Below, in pieces: positions 31,981 through 40,256 of a DNA stretch of 40,322 nucleotides (position 1 is the first letter of the stretch; each line of letters starts with the position of its first letter). A model generated the notes under the pieces. It had not been told where the DNA came from. It made no database searches and saw only the letters and a program-made list of their open reading frames with translations. The DNA comes from Bacteroidales bacterium (GTDB lineage: Bacteria > Bacteroidota > Bacteroidia > Bacteroidales > B18-G4), in the NCBI GenBank assembly GCA_023145125.1, contig JAGLEK010000089.1:1-40322 (forward strand). The letters run 5' to 3'. A program made the translations under genes and the position numbers.

Positions 31981-33885
31981 ATGGTCAGGTCTTTCACAAA
32001 GATTATATTTATAATATGCATACTCAGCACCGGTTTACAGGAGCTCAATGCTTCAGTTTCCGGATCAGAACCATCTGTTGTAACTCAAAGTGAAGGCCAG
32101 GCCGGTAATATTGAAAATACAACTCCCCCCGGGGAGGACAATTTGAGTAATGCGGGCATTGAAAACACAGAAAGAGAAAGGCAAATTGAAAGATATACAC
32201 GCTGGTTTATCATCATCACCCTTATCCTGTCCCTCCTGACGGTGATCCTGGCATTCTCAAAACTTTTTTCCCAGCGGAAAGCAAACCGAAGACTGGCACA
32301 TCAGCGCAATATCCTCAAACAAACCCTCGGGGATCTGAAGACCAGTGAAGAAAAATACAAGGCATTGTTTTCCAAGGCGAATGATGCAATTTTCCTGATG
32401 GATCATGGAACCTTTCAGGATTGTAATGATAAAACCCTGAAGATGTTTGGATGCAAGCGTGAAGAGATCATCGGGCAGCCTCCTTATAAGTTTTCCCCCC
32501 GCACCCAACCTGATGGAAAGAACTCAAAAGAAAAAGCTCTCCACATGATAGAACAGTGTTACCAGGGGAAGCCTCAGCGATTTTACTGGATGCACTCAAA
32601 AATGGATGGAACACTTTTCGATGCGGAGGTCAGCCTGAACATGGTCCGCATAGAAAACAATCCCTATATCCAGGCCATTGTCAGGAACATCAGTGAGCGG
32701 GTCAGGGCTGAAAAAGAAATGATCAGGGCAAGAGAGAAAGCTGAAAAAGCTACTGAATCAAAAACATTTTTCCTGGCCAAGATGAGCCATGAGATCCGGA
32801 CCATGCTGGGGGGAATTACCAGTTCAGCCCAGCTCCTCTTGAACACAAAAGTGACTGAACATCAGTCGGAATTGCTTGACATCATTGACACATCAGCGGA
32901 CAACCTGCTTTCTATCGTGAATGAGATCCTCGACTTTTCAAAAATTGAAGCCGGAAAGATAGATCTTGAAGAACATCCCTTCAACATCAGGAAAACGCTT
33001 GAAGGAATTATAAATGCTTACCTCGCCGGGACCAGGGAGAAGGACATCTCTTTATACCTGAGCATACATCATAATATCCCTGAATACGTATCCGGTGATG
33101 AGCTCCGCCTGAAACAGATAATGTCCAACTTATTATCCAATGCCATCAAGTTTACAGATACAGGCAGTGTTACGCTGGATGTTATCATAACAAACGAAAA
33201 TGAGAAAAGCTATACCATCGCTTTTAAAATAAGTGATACTGGTATTGGTATCCCCGATCATAAAATGAAAAATCTGTTTGCGGAGTACTCCCAGTCAGAT
33301 GTATCGATCAGCAGGCGCTTTGGAGGGACAGGGCTGGGGCTGAATATTGTATATAAGCTGGTGAACCTGATGGATGGAAGCATCGAGGTTACAAGTAAAT
33401 TGAAAGAAGGCACTCAATTCTTAATTCAGATCTCTTTCCATAAGACCGATTTTGTTGAAGAAGAAGATAGTGGTGCCAAAGCTGTCTCCTTCAAAAATTT
33501 AAAGAAATACAATATCCTTCTTGCAGAAGACAATGTGATCAATCAAAAGATCACGATAATCAACCTTCAGCAACTTGGGCACGACATTGACCTTGCTGAA
33601 AACGGCATCGAGGCCTGGGAGAAATACAAGAAAAAAGAGTATGATATCATCCTGATGGATATACAGATGCCGGAGATGGATGGCATAGAGGTTACACACC
33701 TGATAAGGGATTATGAAGCAGAAAACCCGTCAAGGCAAAGGACACGTATCATTGCACTCACGGCCAACATCCTTGGGCAGGATGCAGAATACTGCCTGTC
33801 GGAAGGCATGGATGCATACATCGCCAAACCATTCAGAATTGAAGACATCCTCGAAAAGATCCATCCCAACGAACCGGCAGAATAA
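31981..33885 (+). CDS. hybrid sensor histidine kinase/response regulator with PAS domain
   Basis: 634 aa with one TM segment (WFIIITLILSLLTVILAF) and a PAS region. The kinase motifs are H-box MSHEIRTML, N box LSNAIKFT, G1 DTGIGI and G2 GGTGLGL. The receiver domain has LLAEDNVINQ...ILMDIQMPEMDG...ALTA...K. Confidence 0.9.
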   Translation: MVRSFTKIIFIICILSTGLQELNASVSGSEPSVVTQSEGQAGNIENTTPPGEDNLSNAGIENTERERQIERYTRWFIIITLILSLLTVILAFSKLFSQRKANRRLAHQRNILKQTLGDLKTSEEKYKALFSKANDAIFLMDHGTFQDCNDKTLKMFGCKREEIIGQPPYKFSPRTQPDGKNSKEKALHMIEQCYQGKPQRFYWMHSKMDGTLFDAEVSLNMVRIENNPYIQAIVRNISERVRAEKEMIRAREKAEKATESKTFFLAKMSHEIRTMLGGITSSAQLLLNTKVTEHQSELLDIIDTSADNLLSIVNEILDFSKIEAGKIDLEEHPFNIRKTLEGIINAYLAGTREKDISLYLSIHHNIPEYVSGDELRLKQIMSNLLSNAIKFTDTGSVTLDVIITNENEKSYTIAFKISDTGIGIPDHKMKNLFAEYSQSDVSISRRFGGTGLGLNIVYKLVNLMDGSIEVTSKLKEGTQFLIQISFHKTDFVEEEDSGAKAVSFKNLKKYNILLAEDNVINQKITIINLQQLGHDIDLAENGIEAWEKYKKKEYDIILMDIQMPEMDGIEVTHLIRDYEAENPSRQRTRIIALTANILGQDAEYCLSEGMDAYIAKPFRIEDILEKIHPNEPAE

Positions 33886-33902
33886 AAATGCCGGGTAAAT
33901 AA

Positions 33903-35942
33903 TTACCTTTTGATCATCCTCGAAGTACCCATTGCCCGGTCTGTTTTGACGACAAGGTGATAGATGCCTGCCGGGCAGGCGAAACCATTTTCACTCCTGC
34001 CATCCCACTGCAGCCGGTGTTCACCTTTTGCAAAGTTCCTGCCGGCCAGTGAGGAAACCATGTTTCCACGGTTATCCAGGATATAAACCACCGCATGCCC
34101 GCCCTGAGGCATATCAAACACAATGTTGGTAAGATCATTAAACGGATTAGGATAAATACCGCTAATGCTTATCGGATCCCGCGGCTCATTTATGCCCGAA
34201 ATGATGTCTTCATTTACGATGATCAGCACCTCATGGTCACCGGCTTCGCATTCGATGAACATAGTATCCTGCACGTAGCCCGGTGGCTGGTCAACAGGTA
34301 TGCCTATATAAACCGTCAGGATAAGGGAATCAGTGGCCTGAAGCAGATAGGGAAAGTCAACAACAGGTTCTGACCACCAGTAAAACTCGTCCCACTCTTC
34401 CTGGTTGATATTGTCGATGACCACGTCTTCATTATCCTGTGGATAAATTTTAACTTCAAGCCCTTCTATTGCCTGCGACATGTCTTCGAACAGTAAAGTA
34501 TCCGGTTCAACGATAAGGCCGGGGATCATTTGCAGCACGGTAAACTCGTGCGGGTCGGGTGCACCAATATACGGATGATTCGCATTTCTTCCGGATTCAT
34601 CAGCTGCGTGGATGTAATAGCTGACCACGGTACCATCTTCCTGGTAAGGGATAACACCCATGTACAGGCTGCCTATCTGCTGTGTCATGATCACAGACTG
34701 ATAATTACCCATCCCCTCTTTGTAATATAATAATAAGGAGTCGGGGTATAGGGGGGAGCCGGAATAGTTCGTGATATTTGCACTTATCTCGTATTCGTCC
34801 TGCAATTGGACATTTCCCAGCAGCGGCATATGATTGATGTACAGCATCCCCATATCGGCAATTCCCTTGGTGCGGCAATGCAGTGCATCGGTATTTTCCC
34901 ATCCGTCGTACATCACGCTTAAAATTTCATAACCCGGCATCGCAGCTTCATAAGATGCAATTGCATCTGAGTCGTACGTGCTGCCGGTAATGGGCACAAA
35001 AACCCTTTTATTCAGGATAAGGGAATTTGTATAGGGGGTATACGGATAATTGCCGGGGGTGAATACCCTGTACACTTCATATGGCACTCCCCAATCGCAG
35101 AGTGTATTCGCAAAGTAATCGGCAACATATTCAAAGTCATCATATCTGGGGTCTGATTCCAACACAGAGCCTATCAGGACCTTATTCACTCCAAGAAATT
35201 TGCCCCAGCAGTCGATGTGTTTAATATATTCTCCAAGTGGATCGGGAAGGACATGATAATCACTCACTCCAAGGTAATCATCCACCATCTGGTCGATCTC
35301 CGCGTGCGTCATATTTAAGTTTTCTTCCCATATGAGGTCTGTGGAAGATGCCTGGTCCAGGCCTGTGCACATCCAGTTTCCGCCGGCACCTTCAAGATCC
35401 ATTCCGTATAGTTCAATTCCCAAATAACCGGCTACTTCTATCGGAATATCATCATCGTCGGGCCTGGGCCTGTTGTATGGGAAATTACATACCCCGAATT
35501 CGCCGTTGCCATCGATAACAAACCATGGGCCATAATCACGGGTCCAGTATGAGTCGGTAGGTGCCTGGATAAAATCAATATTGTTCATATTTGCACCATT
35601 GTTCTGGTACATGCTGCTAACCACATTTTGCTGGCTCTGGTTTGCAACAATTGTTGTAACACCGCAATCCTGCGACATCTCAATGATCAAAGTAAGTGGA
35701 AGCCCAAAAGGATACCTCACAAGAACACTTTGCATATGTTCATACTCTCCCACCATGCGTACCGGGTGATCCGGCGGATCGGTCGGGTAAAAGTCCTTTG
35801 CATTGTCGTGGGGAAGTTTCATTTCCTCTTCACTGAGGTAATGCATCTTTTTCCAGATAGGAATATCCTGTCCTTCCTGTGCCCCGGCATTGGCAGCAAA
35901 TATGATGAATATGGTAATTAAGAGCAGCTTGATCATTTTCAT
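33903..35942 (-). CDS. secreted agmatine deiminase / Porphyromonas-type peptidylarginine deiminase family protein with T9SS C-terminal domain
   Basis: The start is set at MKMIKLLLITIFIIFAANAGAQ (signal peptide), giving 679 aa. The guanidino-modifying fold motifs are WTRDYGPW, LEGAGGNWM, KHIDCWGKF and the catalytic-Cys block TDALHCRTKG. Ig-like middle domains and a CTD follow (IYPNPFND...GIYHLVV). The 121-codon upstream extension of the ORF is rejected. Confidence 0.8.
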   Translation of the reverse strand: MKMIKLLLITIFIIFAANAGAQEGQDIPIWKKMHYLSEEEMKLPHDNAKDFYPTDPPDHPVRMVGEYEHMQSVLVRYPFGLPLTLIIEMSQDCGVTTIVANQSQQNVVSSMYQNNGANMNNIDFIQAPTDSYWTRDYGPWFVIDGNGEFGVCNFPYNRPRPDDDDIPIEVAGYLGIELYGMDLEGAGGNWMCTGLDQASSTDLIWEENLNMTHAEIDQMVDDYLGVSDYHVLPDPLGEYIKHIDCWGKFLGVNKVLIGSVLESDPRYDDFEYVADYFANTLCDWGVPYEVYRVFTPGNYPYTPYTNSLILNKRVFVPITGSTYDSDAIASYEAAMPGYEILSVMYDGWENTDALHCRTKGIADMGMLYINHMPLLGNVQLQDEYEISANITNYSGSPLYPDSLLLYYKEGMGNYQSVIMTQQIGSLYMGVIPYQEDGTVVSYYIHAADESGRNANHPYIGAPDPHEFTVLQMIPGLIVEPDTLLFEDMSQAIEGLEVKIYPQDNEDVVIDNINQEEWDEFYWWSEPVVDFPYLLQATDSLILTVYIGIPVDQPPGYVQDTMFIECEAGDHEVLIIVNEDIISGINEPRDPISISGIYPNPFNDLTNIVFDMPQGGHAVVYILDNRGNMVSSLAGRNFAKGEHRLQWDGRSENGFACPAGIYHLVVKTDRAMGTSRMIKR

Positions 35943-35989
35943 ATAGCAGAGTATTTTTAGCTTAGATAGTTTAATGAGGGATTGGTTGT

Positions 35990-35997
35990 CAAAATTA
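35990..35997 (-). promoter_or_regulatory. -7 box TAATTTTG (minus strand) for the PAD-like gene
   Basis: The reverse complement of caaaatta matches the consensus, 47 nt upstream of the ATG at 35942. It supports the shorter start. Confidence 0.5.
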
Positions 35998-36014
35998 GAA
36001 AAAAAACTTAAAAA

Positions 36015-36060
36015 GGGTTGAGGGTTGAGGGTTGAGGGTTGAGTTGGGGGTAAAATGGGG
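36015..36060 (+). repeat. heptamer array (GGGTTGA)x4 + GTTGGGG GTAAAAT GGGG; canonical G-quadruplex motif
   Basis: The sequence GGGTTGAGGGTTGAGGGTTGAGGGTTGAGTTGGGGG has four G3 runs separated by 4-nt loops, plus G5 and G4 runs. It lies between the divergent -7 boxes at 35990-35997(-) and 36084-36091(+). Confidence 0.9.
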
Positions 36061-36083
36061 CTTTTAGATTGTAAATTGTTTAG

Positions 36084-36091
36084 TATATTTG
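36084..36091 (+). promoter_or_regulatory. -7 box TATATTTG for tatA
   Basis: Exact match, 20 nt upstream of the ATG at 36112. Confidence 0.55.
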
Positions 36092-36111
36092 CATTAACAA
36101 ATGCTACAGAC

Positions 36112-36315
36112 ATGATAAACCTATCAATTATATTAGGCATGCCCGGTACCTGGCAGATCATCCTGATCGTGCTGGTAGTGCTTTTGCTTTTCGGTGGCAA
36201 GAAGATTCCCGAGCTGATGAAAGGAATTGGTCGCGGAACCCGCGAATTCAAGAAAGGCCTGAACACCGACGAGGATGACGAGGAAAGCAGCAAAGACGTT
36301 GCCAAAAAGGAATAA
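36112..36315 (+). CDS. tatA: twin-arginine translocase subunit TatA/E
   Basis: 67 aa from the ATG at 36112 (alternative ATG at 36139). The TM helix plus amphipathic helix match the TatA signature: [36 protein letters not shown]. An acidic tail follows. A TATATTTG box lies 21 nt upstream. Confidence 0.85.
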   Translation: MINLSIILGMPGTWQIILIVLVVLLLFGGKKIPELMKGIGRGTREFKKGLNTDEDDEESSKDVAKKE

Positions 36316-36343
36316 GAGGAAATAACATTTCCTAAAATCTATA

Positions 36344-36398
36344 ATGAACAGGGACTTCCGGTATCTGACATGGTACCATGTTCCCTGTTCATTTTTTT
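36344..36398 (+). terminator. rho-independent terminator after tatA
   Basis: A perfect 11-bp stem atgaacaggga (36344-36354) / tccctgttcat (36382-36392) is present. The loop contains the inner palindrome catggtaccatg. TTTTTT follows at 36393-36398. Confidence 0.8.
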
Positions 36399-36576
36399 GT
36401 ACTCTTTCCATTACATTAATGGGCTCACTCTTTGACTTTGCTCAGGGTTACAGTGGCACTTTATTTATGAAGACTTAGTTCGTGCTGAACACTTCATTTC
36501 GTTCATAAAAACTCAGTCTTATTGAAATTTGCACGAAATTTGCATACAAAACAAACATTGAATTAAGTTACAATAT

Positions 36577-38316
36577 ATGATTGCTCCAAAAAGAACATCC
36601 ATTATACCCTCCATACTCATCAGTATTTTTATTTCTGCCAGTGCTTACGGACAGGACCCGCCACCGGCAGATTCTTCAGCCACCCCGGCAATTAGCATGA
36701 ACGTGATCACTGACAATCAAATGGTTGCCGACACACATGAGCTTGGGCATGTGATCTGGAAAGATTCTCCCGTTGTGGCCATGCTCGACAGCCTTGCACA
36801 ACTGAAATATTACGGGGATTGGGGTTTTATCACAAATGTCGACAGCCTGAATAAATATGGCTTTTCGGCAAATGAAATACCGTTATATCCTGATTCGGTC
36901 CTCGCTGCAAGGATAGATTTCCTGAACCGGCAAACAACCATCGAGCTGACCTTTAACAGGCAGGTAAAAAATTATATTTACCTCTATGCCAATAAAAAGA
37001 GGGACCTCACTTCGAGGATCCTCGGGCTGGCGCAGATCTATTTCCCATTGTTTGAGGAACATCTCGACCGTTTCGATATCCCCCTGGAGATGAAATACCT
37101 TGCCGTAGTAGAATCTGCCCTGATTCCAACTGCCGGCTCCAGGGCAGGTGCCAAAGGCCTGTGGCAATTCATGTATGGAACAGGTAAAGTATACGGATTG
37201 CGTGTTACCTCACTGATCGACGAACGTTATGATCCTTACCAGGCTACCATTGCAGCATGCGAGCATCTTAGTGACCTCTACGACATCTACGGCGACTGGT
37301 CACTGGTTATGGCGGCATACAACTCAGGGGCCGGGAATGTGAACAAAGCCATCCGCAGGTCGGGAGGCATCAAAAGCTATTGGGCCATCTGGCCATTCCT
37401 CCCCAGGGAGACCAGGGGGTATGTGCCTGCATTCATTGCGGTTTATTACACTATGAGCTATGCAACTGAACACAATATTTATCCTGTACATCCCGGCATT
37501 CTTCATCATGAGATCGATACCGTAATGGTGCACGATGTACTTTCCTTCGACCAGGTCAATGAGATGCTGGGGGTGCCGATGGATCAGCTTGAATTACTCA
37601 ATCCACTCTATAAAAAGGATATCATCCCATATGAAGATGGTGAAGTGTTTTTTCTCAGGCTCCCGAAAGAATATATCGGGGATTTCATCAATAACGAGCA
37701 GGAGCTTTATGCATATAAAACCAGGAAGGGAACGGAAAAGGATAAGATGGTTGCCGAGATCAAAAAGGCACAGGAGCGGACCATACATATTGTGAGGAGC
37801 GGAGAGAACCTGGGGCTGATCGCCAAGAGATACCATGTGTATATCAGCCAGATAAAGGCCTGGAACAATCTGCGTGGATCCACGATCTATCCCAGGCAAC
37901 GGCTGGTAATCTACCCTTCGGCAAGATATAACCCGAAGGCAGCGCCATCACGATCTACGGCAAGCACATCAACATCACCAACAGGGACACACACAGTGAG
38001 AAACGGTGAGAACCTGGGGCTGATAGCCAAAAAATATAATTGCAGCGTCTCCGAGATAAAAACCTGGAATAAGCTCTCGAAGAATACCATTCATCCCGGC
38101 CAAAAACTGATCGTCAGCAAAACGGCTACGAATATTAAAGTTGATAAAAATGCCGAATACATCTATCATACTGTGAAGTCGGGGGATACTCTCTGGGATA
38201 TTGCCAAAATGTATGACGGGGTAACGGTGAACCAGATCAAGCAATTGAATAATATTACCAATGCCAGGCGCTTAAAGCCGGGCGATAAGATCAGGATAGC
38301 AGTAAAATCCTCCTGA
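36577..38316 (+). CDS. lytic transglycosylase (MltD-like SLT domain) with three LysM domains
   Basis: 579 aa with signal peptide. The SLT motifs are AVVESAL (catalytic Glu), GLWQFM and AAYNSG. Three C-terminal LysM repeats start at HIVRSGENLGLIAKRY, HTVRNGENLGLIAKKY and HTVKSGDTLWDIAKMY. Confidence 0.85.
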   Translation: MIAPKRTSIIPSILISIFISASAYGQDPPPADSSATPAISMNVITDNQMVADTHELGHVIWKDSPVVAMLDSLAQLKYYGDWGFITNVDSLNKYGFSANEIPLYPDSVLAARIDFLNRQTTIELTFNRQVKNYIYLYANKKRDLTSRILGLAQIYFPLFEEHLDRFDIPLEMKYLAVVESALIPTAGSRAGAKGLWQFMYGTGKVYGLRVTSLIDERYDPYQATIAACEHLSDLYDIYGDWSLVMAAYNSGAGNVNKAIRRSGGIKSYWAIWPFLPRETRGYVPAFIAVYYTMSYATEHNIYPVHPGILHHEIDTVMVHDVLSFDQVNEMLGVPMDQLELLNPLYKKDIIPYEDGEVFFLRLPKEYIGDFINNEQELYAYKTRKGTEKDKMVAEIKKAQERTIHIVRSGENLGLIAKRYHVYISQIKAWNNLRGSTIYPRQRLVIYPSARYNPKAAPSRSTASTSTSPTGTHTVRNGENLGLIAKKYNCSVSEIKTWNKLSKNTIHPGQKLIVSKTATNIKVDKNAEYIYHTVKSGDTLWDIAKMYDGVTVNQIKQLNNITNARRLKPGDKIRIAVKSS

Positions 38317-38349
38317 TCATATAAATACTGATCATTAAAACCATTTATT

Positions 38350-39372
38350 ATGAACTTGTTCTATAATAAAACCCGTAAGATGTGGCTGTTCCTGGCAGGA
38401 ATGTCGGCACTGATCCTTTTTTCATGCAATGGAGAAGCAAGGTATGACAGGTCGACCGGAAGGACCAATGAGATCCTTATAGTTACCAATACAAAAGCAC
38501 AGTGGGAAGGCGGGATTGGCTTTGTTGTACGTAATTGCTTTGCACAGCCCTTAGCCGGACTCCCCCAGCCGGAGCCGATGTTCCACCTGTTCAACGTAGC
38601 CAATAAAGATTTCAACAAGGTTTTTAAAGCACAGCACAACATCCTTATCATTGACATCAACAGCAGTTTTACAGAACCTTTGGTAGAAACACGTTCTGAC
38701 CACTGGTCAAAACCTCAAAGGGTGATAAAGATCACAGCCCCGGATACAGCCTCTTTCAGAAAAGCTTTTGAAGAACACAGTACGGCCTTTCTGGACGTTT
38801 TTTGTGCACTGGAAATCGAACGTACCAACGTGCAATTCGAGATGGCACGCAGCGTAAAGCTCATCAATATACTGGAGAAGCAGTTTGGTTTCAGCATGCA
38901 GGTTCCCGGGGGCTTTGTGGTAGCCGCACGGGATAACAATTTCATCTGGCTTCGCCAGAATATGCAAAGAGTGAAACAGGATGTAGAGCTGGGGATCATA
39001 ATACATGAAAAGCCCTATACTGATACCAGTGCCTTTAACGAAGAAATGATCCTCACTCTCCGCGATTCCCTAACCTCGAAGTTCATCCCGGGCCCCAGTG
39101 CCGGTTCTTACATGATACTGTCAAGAGGTTTTATCGACCCGGTTTTTAAGCGTACGGATGACTTTGTAACAGGCTTTGCCGTTGAAACCCGTGGCATATG
39201 GATGGTACAGAACGACTTCATGGGCGGGCCCTTCATCAGCTATACCTTTGTGGATCCCGATCTGAGAAGAGTGATAACCGTGGATGGATATGTGTATAAT
39301 CCCAGCGACCTGAAAAGGAATTTCATCAGGCAGTTAGAAGCTATTTTTCATACAATTTCCTTTGGAAATTGA
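38350..39372 (+). CDS. lipoprotein, DUF4837-like
   Basis: 340 aa with lipobox (LILFSC). The family name rests only on my recollection of size, gene context next to the LysM transglycosylase, and the NEILIV...WEG block. No catalytic motif. Confidence 0.5.
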   Translation: MNLFYNKTRKMWLFLAGMSALILFSCNGEARYDRSTGRTNEILIVTNTKAQWEGGIGFVVRNCFAQPLAGLPQPEPMFHLFNVANKDFNKVFKAQHNILIIDINSSFTEPLVETRSDHWSKPQRVIKITAPDTASFRKAFEEHSTAFLDVFCALEIERTNVQFEMARSVKLINILEKQFGFSMQVPGGFVVAARDNNFIWLRQNMQRVKQDVELGIIIHEKPYTDTSAFNEEMILTLRDSLTSKFIPGPSAGSYMILSRGFIDPVFKRTDDFVTGFAVETRGIWMVQNDFMGGPFISYTFVDPDLRRVITVDGYVYNPSDLKRNFIRQLEAIFHTISFGN

Positions 39373-39449
39373 GGGTTGAGCCCTTCGGCTTCGCTCAGGA
39401 CAGGTCGTTGAGTGTTGAGTGAAGGAACCATTTAACCATTTAGCCATTT
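39370..39449. repeat. composite short-repeat tract starting in the stop codon of the DUF4837-like gene
   Basis: TGA-GGGTTGA is followed by gcccttcggcttcgctcaggacaggtc, then GTTGAGT x2 (39407-39420), then 8-mers AACCATTT AACCATTT AGCCATTT (39426-39449). A 6-bp stem hairpin tacacc...ggtgta follows. Confidence 0.85.
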
Positions 39450-39502
39450 ACACCTTCGCTAAAGCTTCGGTGTACAAAGTAACCATGTATTGTAGCCAAT
39501 GA

Positions 39503-39913
39503 CTATTCCTTCACATAAATGGCGGTGATGATGCCATGCTTCACGCTGCTGTTATAAAGGATCTTGCTGCCATCAACTTTTCCGAGATTTATTTCCTCAC
39601 CAATGTCATTGTCTTCAAGCCTGAAGCTCACGGTACCATTATCATCATCGTAGGTCCAGAAAGCATCCGTGGTATAGCCATCAATAGTAAGTGCCATGCT
39701 ATGGTCTTCGTTCAGGATGAACTTTGTTGTTTTTGTTGAGGCAATTGCATTATCGATACTTGTGAGGTTGGCCTTGCTTGAATCAACAGTGGCAGTAACG
39801 CTTTCGGTGAACCATGTGCCAACAAGCTTTTCTTCTGTCGAACCACAGGAAGCAAGAATTAAACCAGCAATAATTACAATGCTAATGACGGATGTTATAC
39901 GAATACTTTTCAT
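39503..39913 (-). CDS. small lipoprotein, lipocalin-like beta-barrel candidate
   Basis: 136 aa with lipobox (LILASCGS). A GTWF motif follows shortly after the signal, and alternating beta-strand-like segments run through the rest. Confidence 0.55.
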   Translation of the reverse strand: MKSIRITSVISIVIIAGLILASCGSTEEKLVGTWFTESVTATVDSSKANLTSIDNAIASTKTTKFILNEDHSMALTIDGYTTDAFWTYDDDNGTVSFRLEDNDIGEEINLGKVDGSKILYNSSVKHGIITAIYVKE

Positions 39914-39981
39914 GTGGCGATTGGTTTAGGGGGCAAATTTACAAAATGAATACTGACCTGACACATTAATTTAAAACGATT

Positions 39982-40014
39982 GTCATCCCGGACCCGGGGA
40001 CCCGGGAGAATGAC
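39982..40014 (-). terminator. GC-rich hairpin (GTCAT-arm element) after the histone-fold-like ORF
   Basis: In gtcatcccggacccggggacccgggagaatgac, the arms gtcat+cccgg and ccggg(a)ga+atgac pair with a 2-nt bulge. The hairpin is 8 nt downstream of the stop at 40022. On the minus strand AATCGTTTT follows. Confidence 0.5.
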
Positions 40015-40021
40015 CCCTGTG

Positions 40022-40222
40022 CTAATCCAGATCGAAAAGGTCTATTTCGTGAATAAAATCCCTCTTGAGGATAGTCTTTCTTCTTTTTGCCTGCGCTTTT
40101 TTGGCTGCATGTTCCAGTATTGCTTTTAGGCGGGCCTCTGCAGCCTCAAAAGAATCGGCGCTGATCTTCATATCCAGTGATTTCGACAGCGCCCGGATGC
40201 CTGTTTTGTTGATCAATGACAT
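40022..40222 (-). CDS. small basic histone-fold-like (DUF1931-like) protein candidate
   Basis: 66-aa ORF rich in Lys/Ala/Arg. ISADSFEAAEARLKAILEHAAKKA and KRRKTILKRDF parallel the alpha2 and L2/alpha3 (GRKTIKAEDI) segments of archaeal histone HMfB. A hairpin lies 8 nt downstream of the stop. Confidence 0.4.
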   Translation of the reverse strand: MSLINKTGIRALSKSLDMKISADSFEAAEARLKAILEHAAKKAQAKRRKTILKRDFIHEIDLFDLD

Positions 40223-40256
40223 GGGTGGATGGGTTTAGGTTAATTACAAAGATAGG

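Noticed and set aside
36015-36049. Telomere-like repeat (TTGAGGG)n as a true chromosome end or linear-replicon telomere.
   Set aside because: The arrays are internal, short (4 units), flanked by ordinary genes on both sides, and occur at several loci. The similarity to plant-type TTTAGGG is probably only compositional.
35943-36305. 121-codon N-terminal extension of the PAD-like ORF (800-aa version).
   Set aside because: The extension is antisense to tatA and crosses the G4 array and the promoter box. A canonical signal peptide begins at the internal Met (35942), with a TAATTTTG box 47 nt upstream.
36408-36520. Possible small RNA between the tatA terminator and the LysM transglycosylase gene (hairpins ccatta/taatgg and aagact..agtctt, direct repeat gaaatttgca x2).
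   Set aside because: The stems are short and AT-rich and I recognise no known RNA family signature. The direct repeat may simply be promoter architecture. The evidence is too weak to call.
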